In this document: piece after piece, positions 28,336 through 37,787 of the stretch
Numbering within the stretch: position 1 is the stretch's first letter
Layout of the letters: each line of letters starts with the position of its first letter
From: Bacilli bacterium
GTDB taxonomy: Bacteria > Bacillota_I > Bacilli_A > RF39 > UBA660
Reading direction: 5' to 3'
DNA: 64,000 bases
Assembly: GCA_017459425.1 (NCBI GenBank)
Contig: JAFUCZ010000034.1
Span: 3,117 to 67,116, forward strand
Program-made: the position numbers and the translations under genes
The notes under the pieces: generated by a model
What the model saw: the letters and a program-made list of their open reading frames with translations, nothing else
Databases searched by the model: none
Told to the model about the DNA's origin: nothing

Positions 28336-29745
28336 TTGGATGAAATGAATGTAAAACTTGATAATTATCAAAAAGAAGTAGTATTAAATAGTTCTAAATC
28401 TATTTTAGTTGTTGCAGGTGCTGGAAGTGGTAAATCAACTACAATTTTAGCTAAAATTAAATATTTAATTAATATTAAAAACATTAAAAATAATGAAATT
28501 TTATTATTATCTTTTGGAAGAAAAAATAAAAATGAAATGAATGAAAAATTAAAAAATTTAAATATAAATATAGATGTATTTACTTTTCATGAACTAGGTT
28601 TAAAATTTTTAAAAAATGTAACTATTATAAATGATGATATGAGAAAAAAACTAATATCAGATATTATAAATAGTAGTTTAGATGATTTTAAATTTTATTT
28701 ATATTCGATATTTTATTTATTAATAAATAATACAATATTATTATTTTCTAAAAAAAGAATTAAATACATTCTTAATAACACTTTAACAAATGATACATTA
28801 GAATTTATAGATAAAATTAAACTATATGATTTAAAAGTAAATAAAAGTAAAAATTTTAAAATTTTTTATACATTATTTAAAACAATATATAGTAAATATA
28901 ATATATATTTAAATAAAAACAATTTAATAGAATTTGAAGATATTATAATTAAATCAAAAGATAAAATTAAAAGTAATTATAAATATATCATAGTTGATGA
29001 ATATCAAGATATTTCTAAAAATAGATTCATATTTTTTAAAAAATTAATTGATTATAATAATTCAAATTTTATTGGAGTAGGGGATGATTTTCAAGCAATA
29101 TATGGATTTAGTGGTTCAAATATAGAATATTTTACGAATATAGGTAATTATATACCTGATATTAAAATATTAAAATTAATTAATACATATAGAAATTCAC
29201 AAGAATTAATAAATGTTGCGGGTAAATTTATTTTAAAAAATAATAAACAAATAAATAAAAAATTAATCTCTAAAAAACATATCACTTCCCCTATTATACT
29301 TATTTGTGATAGGGGAGTAGAATTTATAAAAATACTTGAATTTTTTAATAAAAATAAAGTAAAATCGGTAGGTATATTATCTAGATTTAATTTTGGGTTG
29401 AATAAATATATAAATTTACTAAAAAAAGAAGATGATCATTACATTTATAAAAATTTAAAAATATATTTTACTACAGTACATAAATCAAAAGGACTTGAGT
29501 ATGATGAAGTTATTATTTTAAATTTAAATAATGGTACGTATGGTTTTCCATCTAAAAAGAAAAATAAAAAGATATTTTCACAATATGAAACAAATGATAT
29601 ATATGAAGAACGTAGATTATTTTATGTTGCGCTTACTAGAACTAGAAATAGAGTATATATTCTATATAATAAAAAAAATAAATCTTCATTTATAAAAGAA
29701 ATAAAAAAAGAGATAAAATATCTCAATTTTAAAAAGTTAACATAA
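28336..29745 (+). CDS. compact UvrD/Rep/PcrA-family (SF1) helicase
   Basis: Walker A GAGSGKST, motif II IIVDEYQD, TVHKSKGLEYD, YVALTRTR. It is visibly more Asn/Lys/Ile-rich than its neighbours. The start is ambiguous (TTG 28336 or ATG 28345). Confidence 0.8.
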   Translation: MDEMNVKLDNYQKEVVLNSSKSILVVAGAGSGKSTTILAKIKYLINIKNIKNNEILLLSFGRKNKNEMNEKLKNLNINIDVFTFHELGLKFLKNVTIINDDMRKKLISDIINSSLDDFKFYLYSIFYLLINNTILLFSKKRIKYILNNTLTNDTLEFIDKIKLYDLKVNKSKNFKIFYTLFKTIYSKYNIYLNKNNLIEFEDIIIKSKDKIKSNYKYIIVDEYQDISKNRFIFFKKLIDYNNSNFIGVGDDFQAIYGFSGSNIEYFTNIGNYIPDIKILKLINTYRNSQELINVAGKFILKNNKQINKKLISKKHITSPIILICDRGVEFIKILEFFNKNKVKSVGILSRFNFGLNKYINLLKKEDDHYIYKNLKIYFTTVHKSKGLEYDEVIILNLNNGTYGFPSKKKNKKIFSQYETNDIYEERRLFYVALTRTRNRVYILYNKKNKSSFIKEIKKEIKYLNFKKLT

Positions 29746-29762
29746 TATACATTATATTGAAT
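29735..29762 (-). other. dif: dif, XerC/XerD chromosome dimer resolution site
   Basis: The minus strand reads ATTCAATATAA TGTATA TTATGTTAACT. It shares 19 contiguous nt (ATAATGTATATTATGTTAA) with E. coli dif and 10/11 of the XerD arm with B. subtilis dif. Confidence 0.8.
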
Positions 29763-29793
29763 TTAATATATTTAAATATTATTTGATAAAGTG

Positions 29794-30576
29794 TTAATTT
29801 AAAACGTTTCTTGATTGAATTTCAGCAATCTTTTCTAGTACTTCTGCAGCATTCTTTTCGTTTATTTCAGTGTATCCTAATTCTTTTAACGCTTGTACTT
29901 TAGCAGAATTTAATTCTAAAGTTCTACTTAATTTTTCTTCTAATTTATGTTCTATTTGATCTACAAATCTTTTGTGTGACACAGCTAATTTAGTTTTAGA
30001 TGCTGTACCATTATTATATAATGTCATTGCTGAAAACAATATACTTTCAAATATAAATTGTTCATTTTCATCAAATGCAAACACAAGTGGTTTTGTAAAT
30101 CCAGCAGCTTTTGATACGTATCCTAGCATATATTTTAATTCTTTTGTGCTTTCTAATGCTTGGATAAAATGATGTAGATATGTAAATGTTGTATAAGCTT
30201 CTTTATCATTAGGATCTGATAATCTTTCTGAGATTAAATCAGAAATAGAGTGTAGTAACTCCCCTTCTCTCTTTCCTAATCCATTAAAAGATATTTTTAC
30301 ATCACTATTTTCTTTATTATCAGAATTATGGAATAATGCATCGATTCTTGCTTCAACATCTATTATATAATCAGTTGTAACTTTAATTTCATTAAGCTCA
30401 TCAGCTGATTTAATTCCTAATAAATTAAATAATAATACTTTCTTATCTTTAGGCCATTTATTTATATCGTCAAGTTCAAGATAGTTATATATCATTTGTC
30501 TTGACACTCCTAAAAATTTTGCTAATTTAACTTTTGATATACCAAGTTCATGTAATATTTCGTTTAGTTTTTCCAT
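29794..30576 (-). CDS. XRE-family HTH protein with a ~190-aa uncharacterised C-terminal domain
   Basis: N-terminal HELGISKVKLAKFLGVSRQMIYNYLE helix-turn-helix. GGAGG RBS. Confidence 0.75.
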   Translation of the reverse strand: MEKLNEILHELGISKVKLAKFLGVSRQMIYNYLELDDINKWPKDKKVLLFNLLGIKSADELNEIKVTTDYIIDVEARIDALFHNSDNKENSDVKISFNGLGKREGELLHSISDLISERLSDPNDKEAYTTFTYLHHFIQALESTKELKYMLGYVSKAAGFTKPLVFAFDENEQFIFESILFSAMTLYNNGTASKTKLAVSHKRFVDQIEHKLEEKLSRTLELNSAKVQALKELGYTEINEKNAAEVLEKIAEIQSRNVLN

Positions 30577-30594
30577 TATTAAAACCTCCTACTA

Positions 30595-30954
30595 TCATTT
30601 TACTACATTGTTGTCAAATGTCAAGTGTAAAGTATTAGTAAATATTTTTGTTTTTTCTAAGTTATATTTTTGCTTTAAAAAGCTTAACATCATTTCATAA
30701 TCTAAATTAATTGAATAATGATTTTCTTTTTGTAAACTATTATACATTCGTAAAATAAATGTATTTAAAAGCAAATTACATAATATTTCAGTCTGAGGAT
30801 CGTCTAAAATTTTTTTAGAAATATTATATTCAATATAAACATATTCTTTTAATGTTTCTTCATTAAGATTTTTATAGACAACATCTTTTATCAAATATAG
30901 ATTGTGTCCATTAATTTTTTTAACATTTATTATTACATCAAATACACTAATCAT
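30595..30954 (-). CDS. hypothetical protein (119 aa)
   Basis: ORF packed between mnmA and the HTH gene (7 and 18 nt gaps). No motif recognised. Confidence 0.5.
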   Translation of the reverse strand: MISVFDVIINVKKINGHNLYLIKDVVYKNLNEETLKEYVYIEYNISKKILDDPQTEILCNLLLNTFILRMYNSLQKENHYSINLDYEMMLSFLKQKYNLEKTKIFTNTLHLTFDNNVVK

Positions 30955-30961
30955 AAATCAC

Positions 30962-32071
30962 CTATAAATACCACAATTTTTTATTATTTTTTCTTACTTC
31001 TTTTATTATACCACTTCCAAGACATAAATCACCATCATAAAATACACATACTTGTCCTGGAGTAACTGATTTTATTTTTTGATCATATTTTACTAGAATT
31101 TCATTATCTAAAAATTCTAATTCAACAGGATTGTCTTTTTGCCTATATCTAAATTTTGCGTTGCATTTGTTTATTTTTTTATGATTCCAAACAATGTTAT
31201 CAACTATACAAGAAGTACTATATAAATATTCATTTTCATCATTAAGTGCGACATATAAAATATTTTTATCTAAATCTTTACCAACAACAAATGCTCTATC
31301 GCTCATACCACCTATATCAAGTCCTTTTCTTTGACCAATTGTGTAATACATAAGCCCGATGTGTTTACCAATAATTTCATTTGTATCTATATTAACTATG
31401 TTTCCTTCTTTATTAGGTAAATAGTTTTTTAAAAACTCTTTAAAATTTCTTTCACCTATAAAACAAATGCCTGTTGAATCTTTTTTATTTGCAGTAATTA
31501 GACCATTTTCTTGTGCGATTTTCCTAACAGTTGGTTTATCTAAATCTCCAAGTGGAAATAAAACATCTTTTAATTGTTCACTAGATAATTGTGATAGAAA
31601 ATAAGATTGATCTTTATTTAAATCATATGCTTTATAAAGTTTCCCATCTTTTACTTTAGCATAGTGTCCTGTTGCAATATAATCAGCGCCTAGTTTTTTA
31701 GCTTCTTTTATAAACATATCAAATTTTATATATTTGTTACACATTACATCAGGATTTGGAGTACGTCCTAGCTTTAATTCATCAAGGAAATATTTAAAAA
31801 CGTAATCCCAATATTCTTTTACAAAGTCAACTCTATGAAGTTCTATACCAATTTTTTTACAAACTTTTAATGCATCGTTATAATCTTCTTCTTGTGGGCA
31901 TATTTCGTTATTTAAATTGGGATTACCTAAATAATCATTATTTATAGAACTATCCCAATTTCGCATAAATAGGCCAATTACATCATAACCTTGGTTTTTA
32001 AGTAGAAGTGCAGCTACACTACTATCTACTCCACCTGAAATACCAACTACTACTCTTTTCACTTGAATCAC
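30962..32071 (-). CDS. mnmA: tRNA 2-thiouridine(34) synthase
   Basis: PP-loop GISGGVDSSVAA, catalytic CNKYIKF, and C..FIGERNF. Confidence 0.95.
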   Translation of the reverse strand: MIQVKRVVVGISGGVDSSVAALLLKNQGYDVIGLFMRNWDSSINNDYLGNPNLNNEICPQEEDYNDALKVCKKIGIELHRVDFVKEYWDYVFKYFLDELKLGRTPNPDVMCNKYIKFDMFIKEAKKLGADYIATGHYAKVKDGKLYKAYDLNKDQSYFLSQLSSEQLKDVLFPLGDLDKPTVRKIAQENGLITANKKDSTGICFIGERNFKEFLKNYLPNKEGNIVNIDTNEIIGKHIGLMYYTIGQRKGLDIGGMSDRAFVVGKDLDKNILYVALNDENEYLYSTSCIVDNIVWNHKKINKCNAKFRYRQKDNPVELEFLDNEILVKYDQKIKSVTPGQVCVFYDGDLCLGSGIIKEVRKNNKKLWYL

Positions 32072-32103
32072 CTTACATATATTTTAACACATATATATAA
32101 GTT

Positions 32104-32715
32104 TTAAACAAATTTTTTTAATAAATTAGGTATTACAAATGTATCATATAAACTAGATATAATTGTAATAATTATAGTTATCAATAATATTTTAAAATAT
32201 TTACCTGTTAAATTTTTAAAATTTAAATTACTTTTATTCAGTAATGAATATATAATTTTAAATGAGAAAGTAAGAGAATAAAGTGTAAGTATTGTATACA
32301 TTATTATATTTATTATTTGAGAAGGAAAAACGTAAATTAAGGCATATAAACATCCTTTTGTTTTATAGTTTAAAATGAATGAAGAAATAGAAAAACCTAA
32401 TGTAAATGCTTTAGTAAAATAAATAAAAATAATTAATGGTATACCTATTACTGAAATACCAAGTAACCATATTATTAAAATAAAGCCCAGGTTATTTATT
32501 AAACTATTTATTAATGATTTACTATAATTTATATTGTTTACATTATCAATGTAATTTTTAATATAATCTTTTACCAACTCTTTATCACTAGAGTTTATCA
32601 TAGTTATAAAAACAGTACCAAAAATGAAACCAATAGCGAGTAATCCAAATAAAAATATTAGTATTTTTTTGTTTAATTTAAAATTTGCTTTAAGTTTGTC
32701 CAATCTTTGTTTCAT
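32104..32715 (-). CDS. spoIIM: stage II sporulation protein M
   Basis: LGISVIGIPLIIFIYFTKAFTLGFSISSF and VFPSQIINIIMY align by eye with B. subtilis SpoIIM. GGGTGAT RBS before ATG 32715. Confidence 0.7.
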   Translation of the reverse strand: MKQRLDKLKANFKLNKKILIFLFGLLAIGFIFGTVFITMINSSDKELVKDYIKNYIDNVNNINYSKSLINSLINNLGFILIIWLLGISVIGIPLIIFIYFTKAFTLGFSISSFILNYKTKGCLYALIYVFPSQIINIIMYTILTLYSLTFSFKIIYSLLNKSNLNFKNLTGKYFKILLITIIITIISSLYDTFVIPNLLKKFV

Positions 32716-32799
32716 GTTATCACCCATAAAATAATATGTATAAGTAAAATAAATATTCCAAATTAATTAAAAATATATTATAATATTATTGGTGGTAAT

Positions 32800-32907
32800 A
32801 TGAAAAAGAAAAAACATAAGATAAGTGGTCAACAAATATTTGCAATATTTGCTTTAATTGCAACTATAGCAATGTTTTTAACTTCAATTCTTACTTATAT
32901 GTTATAA
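32800..32907 (+). CDS. small membrane protein (35 aa, MKKKKHKISGQQIFAIFALIATIAMFLTSILTYML)
   Basis: GGTGGT RBS, upstream TATAAT, and a terminator immediately downstream. Below the ORF track cutoff. Confidence 0.45.
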   Translation: MKKKKHKISGQQIFAIFALIATIAMFLTSILTYML

Positions 32908-32913
32908 TCAAAA

Positions 32914-32945
32914 AAACTATAATGTATTTCATTATAGTTTTTATT
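32914..32945. terminator. bidirectional terminator
   Basis: AAACTATAATG-TATTT-CATTATAGTTT, an 11-bp stem flanked by an A-run and a T-run. Confidence 0.8.
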
Positions 32946-33708
32946 TTCTAAAGAATAAAAACGATTTTTTATTAATTATATTTACTTCAACATTTTCATT
33001 ATTTATTACTTTTAATCCGTTTTCATTCATAATTTCATTTGTATAGTTAATACCATATTTTTTATTTAATTCTTTTTTTAAAGAATCAATTCTACTATAT
33101 GTAGTATGATTATCGTGATGTATATCACTTGATAAAAAACTAATTGCATGTCGTTTTAATAATTTATGAATTGTTTTTTTTGCTTCTTTACCGTATTTAC
33201 CATATAAACTACCCAAATTTGATTGAAGTAAAGCTCCTAGCTCAATCCATCTAAATGCTTTTGTATAATCTTCTTTTATTTGCATATATCTTTCAGGATG
33301 CGCGATTATAGGTGTAATACCAGCACTTTTTAATTCAAATATTAAATCTTCTATATAATTTGGAATATCATTCATTGGTAATTCAAAAAGAATATATTTT
33401 GTATCATTTATAACACTAATTTCATCGTTTTCTATTAATTTAAGCATATCAGGAGTTATCATTACTTCATTTCCCAAATATAAATTAATATTAATTTTTT
33501 TCTTTTTTATTTCTTTTTTTATTAATTCTAATTTTTTTCTTTTTAGTTTATTATTTGCATTATATGAACTTCCTTCAATATAATGTGGTGTTAATACAAT
33601 ATCAGTGACTCCGTTTATATATGCGTTATTTATTATATTAATACTTTCTTGTAATGATCTAGAGCCATCATCTATTTCATTAATAATATGTGAATGTAAA
33701 TCAACCAT
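32941..33708 (-). CDS. cpsB: PHP-family protein-tyrosine phosphatase (CpsB/Cap5C type)
   Basis: MVDLHSHIINEIDDGS, and later HPERY and DIHH metal ligands. Confidence 0.88.
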   Translation of the reverse strand: MVDLHSHIINEIDDGSRSLQESINIINNAYINGVTDIVLTPHYIEGSSYNANNKLKRKKLELIKKEIKKKKININLYLGNEVMITPDMLKLIENDEISVINDTKYILFELPMNDIPNYIEDLIFELKSAGITPIIAHPERYMQIKEDYTKAFRWIELGALLQSNLGSLYGKYGKEAKKTIHKLLKRHAISFLSSDIHHDNHTTYSRIDSLKKELNKKYGINYTNEIMNENGLKVINNENVEVNIINKKSFLFFRK

Positions 33709-33715
33709 ATTTCAC

Positions 33716-34390
33716 CTAATTAATATAATATTTATCAGAATATGTCTTAGTATTTGCCGGAATTTTATTTACAACAACACCTGCAACACTAGCTTCAACA
33801 TTTAATAATGCTTTTTTTGTATTTAATAATGCTTCAGATTCTGTTTCTTTAACAGCACATACAATAATTGTTTTATCAACTAGTTTTGACATGATTAATG
33901 CATCAGTTAAACCACTAACTGGTACACCATCATATATTATCATATCAAATTCGTTTTCTAAAATTCTCATTAATTTTTTACAAGAATCACTTGCAAGTAA
34001 TTCACTAGGATTTGGAGGTACACTTCCTCTTGGCAAAAGAAATACGTCTTCAATGTTAGTGTATACAATATAATCTTCAAAATCTTTTTCCATTCTTGAA
34101 TTGATAAGTAAATTTGATAATCCTTTACTATTATCAACTTCAAAAATTTTATGTTGGCGCCCTCTTCTTAAATCACAATCAACTATTAATGTCTTAGAGC
34201 CATTTTGAGCAAAAGCTAAAGCTAAATTAGAAGAAATAAAGCTTTTTCCTTCACCAGGCATAGAACTAGTTAATAAGATACTTTTTAATTTATCACCTGC
34301 AGCAGCAAATTGTAAATTAGTACGTAATGTTCTAATACCTTCACTGATTATTGATTTAGGCCTATTATATACAATTAAATCTTCTTTCAT
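33716..34390 (-). CDS. cpsD: BY-kinase catalytic subunit (CpsD/Cap5B type tyrosine kinase)
   Basis: Walker A SSMPGEGKS, Walker A' VDCDLRR, Walker B IIYDGVP, and a Tyr-containing tail TYSDKYYIN. Confidence 0.9.
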   Translation of the reverse strand: MKEDLIVYNRPKSIISEGIRTLRTNLQFAAAGDKLKSILLTSSMPGEGKSFISSNLALAFAQNGSKTLIVDCDLRRGRQHKIFEVDNSKGLSNLLINSRMEKDFEDYIVYTNIEDVFLLPRGSVPPNPSELLASDSCKKLMRILENEFDMIIYDGVPVSGLTDALIMSKLVDKTIIVCAVKETESEALLNTKKALLNVEASVAGVVVNKIPANTKTYSDKYYIN

Positions 34391-35106
34391 AATTTTTTTC
34401 TCCTTTTATTCTTAAGCGGAATTTGTCCAAGTATAGGAAGCTCAATCTTTTGTTCAACTTCTTCTACAGTTTTAATTGTTGTATCAAAATAATAAATAAT
34501 AAATACTATTCCAATTCCTAAAACTATACCTAAAGCTAAATATATTATTAGTTGTTTTGTTATGTTTATATTGTAAGGTTTGTTAGCTACTACTGCAGTA
34601 TCAACTATACTAATGTTTTCGATTTTATACATTTCTTGAATCTCACTACCAAATACAACAGCAGTTTCATCAGCTATTTTTTTAGCAGTTTCGGGTTTTT
34701 CACTAGATACAGTAATTTTAATTAATTCGGTATCTTGAATTGACGTAACACTTATATTTTTACTTAAACTTTCATAAGATATTTTTAAACCTAGATTAGA
34801 TATAACTTGATTTATAACTCTTCTACTTTTTACTATTTCTCTATATGTAGACACTAATTTTTGGTTTAATGTAATATCATTTTGAGTGATAGTACCTGAT
34901 TCACTATCAGATCTAGTTAATACAATAGTTGTAGAACTATTGTATAAAGGTTTTTGTAAAAATAAAGTATACGAACATCCTATTATAGCAACGATTAAAG
35001 ATATCAAAATAATAATTACTGATTTTGATATAAAGTAATTAAATAATTCTTTTAAATTAATTTCTTCCACAATTTCATCCCTTCTATTCAATCGCTTCAA
35101 ACACAC
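34387..35106 (-). CDS. cpsC: Wzz/CpsC-type chain-length determinant and kinase activator
   Basis: Two TM spans flank a ~150-aa loop, and the basic C-terminal tail is KNKRRKKL. 4-nt overlap with cpsD. The true start may be the internal GTG near 35070. Confidence 0.8.
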   Translation of the reverse strand: MCLKRLNRRDEIVEEINLKELFNYFISKSVIIILISLIVAIIGCSYTLFLQKPLYNSSTTIVLTRSDSESGTITQNDITLNQKLVSTYREIVKSRRVINQVISNLGLKISYESLSKNISVTSIQDTELIKITVSSEKPETAKKIADETAVVFGSEIQEMYKIENISIVDTAVVANKPYNINITKQLIIYLALGIVLGIGIVFIIYYFDTTIKTVEEVEQKIELPILGQIPLKNKRRKKL

Positions 35107-35164
35107 ATTATTTTAACATATTTTACTAATTTCTTCAATATAATAAAAAAAATTAATTAAATAA

Positions 35165-35308
35165 TTATTCAATTTTTTCTTTACTATTAAAACATTCTAT
35201 ATTATCATCTATAGTTTTTTCTATAAATTCATCACTTATACTAGATATTTTTAACATACACCACAAAATAAATAATATTAATATTAAAAAAAGTACTAGA
35301 TAAATCAT
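35165..35308 (-). CDS. small membrane-anchored protein (47 aa)
   Basis: AGAGGTG RBS before the ATG. MIYLVLFLILILFILWCML is followed by an acidic tail. Below the ORF track cutoff. Confidence 0.35.
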   Translation of the reverse strand: MIYLVLFLILILFILWCMLKISSISDEFIEKTIDDNIECFNSKEKIE

Positions 35309-35343
35309 ACAACACCTCTAGTACTAGTATATACAATGTATTA

Positions 35344-35781
35344 TTAATTATTTATTTTTTTTAAATATAATAATACTCCTAATGTCCCACCTAACGTATC
35401 AATAATAACATCTAAAAATTTTGATGTTCTACCTGTAAATGATTGATGAAACTCATCACCACATGCATATAAAAATATAAATCCAATTATAATATAAATT
35501 ATTTTTACATTATTATTATATATTGCATACATTAATAATATACCAAGTATCAAATATTCTAATACATGTGCACATTTACGAATTGGATAATTTAAATTAG
35601 TTACAATTTTATCTATTTTTTTATCGCTTAAATTTAAATTTAGAACATTATTTGTAATATTAACAGCACCTTTTATTATTCCTTTACTTTTTCCATTTGA
35701 ATTATTAGCATTCATAGAAGAAAATAAAAATATAATTATTAGCCATAATATTAATAAAATGTATACTAATTTATTTTTCAT
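35344..35781 (-). CDS. VanZ-like family membrane protein
   Basis: RKCAHVLEYLILG and DEFHQSF...D..D..G motifs. Start trimmed to ATG 35781. Confidence 0.75.
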   Translation of the reverse strand: MKNKLVYILLILWLIIIFLFSSMNANNSNGKSKGIIKGAVNITNNVLNLNLSDKKIDKIVTNLNYPIRKCAHVLEYLILGILLMYAIYNNNVKIIYIIIGFIFLYACGDEFHQSFTGRTSKFLDVIIDTLGGTLGVLLYLKKINN

Positions 35782-35859
35782 CAAATCACATCCATATCTA
35801 ACATAATACACGTATATTAAAAAATTATCAAGTAAAAAGACAAGTTTAAACTTGTCCAA

Positions 35860-37032
35860 TTAATCTCTTGCAAATAAATCTCTTGTATATACTTTTTGTT
35901 TGAATTCCTCTAAATTTTCATCAAGTCTATTAGCAACAATTACATTACTAATTTCAGTAAATAATTTCAAATCATGAACTACTTCTAAACCATTAAATGC
36001 ATTTTCTTTAATTGTTGGTTCATATATTATAATATTTACACCTTTAGCTCTTAATTTTTCTATTACTCCTTGAATAGCACTTGCTCTGAAATTATCTGAT
36101 CCAGATTTCATTGTAAGTCTATAAATACCTACTGTTTTTGGTTTTTTTGATAATATTTCATCAGCAATATGTTGTTTTCTTGTATCGTTAGATTTAACAA
36201 TTGCTTCAATCATATTTTGAGGTACATCTTTATAATTTGCAAGCAATTGTTTTGTATCTTTTGGTAAACAATATCCACCATATCCAAACGATGGATTATT
36301 ATAATGGGTTCCAATTCTTGGATCTAAACATACACCATCAATTATATCTTTAGTATTTAATCCTTTCATTTCAGCATAAGTATCAAGTTCATTAAAATAA
36401 GAGACTCTTAAAGCTAAATAAGTATTTGCAAATAATTTTACTGCTTCTGCTTCTGTTGGATTCATATATTTTATAACAACATCATCTTTCAAACATGATT
36501 CTTTTAATAAATTTGCGAATTCTTCAGCTCTTTTTGATTTTTCTCCTACTATAATTCTAGATGGATATAAATTATCATATAAAGCTTGTCCTTCTCTTAA
36601 AAATTCAGGGCTAAACATAATATTATCAATATTATATTTTTTCTTCATATTTTCAATAAAACCAACTGGAATTGTAGATTTTACTACCATTGTAGTAAAA
36701 TTAGGATCACATATTTCTTTTACCTTTACAATTATATCTTCTACCATTGATGTATCAAAGAAATTATTCTCGTCATCATAATTAGTAGGTGTACTTATAA
36801 TTACAAATCTAGCGTCTTTAAACGCTTCCTTATAATCTAGTGTTGCTTTTAAATTTAATTTTTTTTCATTAAAATATTTTTCAATATAATTATCTTGTAT
36901 AGGTGATACCCTATCATTAATTTTATTAACTTTTTCCTCTATTACATCTAAGGCTACAACCTCATTTTTAACACTAAGTAATGTGGCTAGAGATAAACCT
37001 ACATAACCAGTTCCTGCTACTGCTATTTTCAT
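35860..37032 (-). CDS. ugd: UDP-glucose 6-dehydrogenase
   Basis: NAD fold AGTGYVGLS and catalytic GGYCLPKD. Confidence 0.93.
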   Translation of the reverse strand: MKIAVAGTGYVGLSLATLLSVKNEVVALDVIEEKVNKINDRVSPIQDNYIEKYFNEKKLNLKATLDYKEAFKDARFVIISTPTNYDDENNFFDTSMVEDIIVKVKEICDPNFTTMVVKSTIPVGFIENMKKKYNIDNIMFSPEFLREGQALYDNLYPSRIIVGEKSKRAEEFANLLKESCLKDDVVIKYMNPTEAEAVKLFANTYLALRVSYFNELDTYAEMKGLNTKDIIDGVCLDPRIGTHYNNPSFGYGGYCLPKDTKQLLANYKDVPQNMIEAIVKSNDTRKQHIADEILSKKPKTVGIYRLTMKSGSDNFRASAIQGVIEKLRAKGVNIIIYEPTIKENAFNGLEVVHDLKLFTEISNVIVANRLDENLEEFKQKVYTRDLFARD

Positions 37033-37063
37033 AAATAACTCTCCTTCAAAATAAACGAAACAT

Positions 37064-37092
37064 ATAATACTATAAAATTATAAGAATGTCAA
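37064..37092 (-). promoter_or_regulatory. internal sigma-A type promoter ahead of ugd
   Basis: On the minus strand: TTGACA, 17 nt spacer, TATTAT. It lies in the only sizeable gap of the locus. Confidence 0.5.
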
Positions 37093-37124
37093 TGTGTATA
37101 TAAAACGATTGTTTATTGACAATT

Positions 37125-37787
37125 CTATTTTTTTGTCAAAAAGTCAACATAATCAAAAAAATATTGAAATCCATACAATCCAGATATTTTTTTAAAATTA
37201 TATCTTTTTATTTGCTTTTCTCCTATTTCATACCCATCTTTCAACTTATTGTTATGAGTTACAAATATTATTTTCTTTTTTGAATTAAATTCTTCAATTT
37301 TTTTTATTATTTTCTCATCAATACTATTCCCATGCTCATCTTTATTATCCATTATTACATATATTTTATCTTTGATAATTCTTTTTTTTCTTTTTTCCCA
37401 ATTGTTAATTACAGTATCTTGATTATCGTCATGTATAAAATTAATATCAATTCTTTTTAGTTTTGGACTTTCAAGTGTTAATATTGGGTGTCCTTTTTTC
37501 ATACTCAAAACTTTTGGTTTTATTTTTAAATATTCGTCCAAATTCAAACAAAAATCAATAAAATCAACTCTTTTCATCGATGAATTAATTAATGGTGAAT
37601 TAAATTTTAAACCAAGCAAATTATATATTTCACCACCTATACAATTTGGAGATAATATTGTAATATTATCATCGCCATTGAGTTCTTTGTACTTTTTTCT
37701 TGCTTTATTTTTTGATTTTTGTAATCTATATTTAGGAATACCAAAATTTAGGAAATTTGCTTTAAACTGCTTTAATTTTTCTTTCAT
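37125..37787 (-). CDS. DUF1919 family EPS-locus protein
   Basis: ITILSPNCIGGEIYNLLGLKFNSPLIN matches the DUF1919 N-terminal signature as I recall it. Confidence 0.6.
   Translation of the reverse strand: MKEKLKQFKANFLNFGIPKYRLQKSKNKARKKYKELNGDDNITILSPNCIGGEIYNLLGLKFNSPLINSSMKRVDFIDFCLNLDEYLKIKPKVLSMKKGHPILTLESPKLKRIDINFIHDDNQDTVINNWEKRKKRIIKDKIYVIMDNKDEHGNSIDEKIIKKIEEFNSKKKIIFVTHNNKLKDGYEIGEKQIKRYNFKKISGLYGFQYFFDYVDFLTKK

Noticed and set aside
28336-29745. Gabija-type defence system (the helicase as GajB).
   Set aside because: No OLD-family/ATPase-nuclease partner gene is adjacent, and the neighbours are a zinc transporter, a 41-aa ORF and dif.
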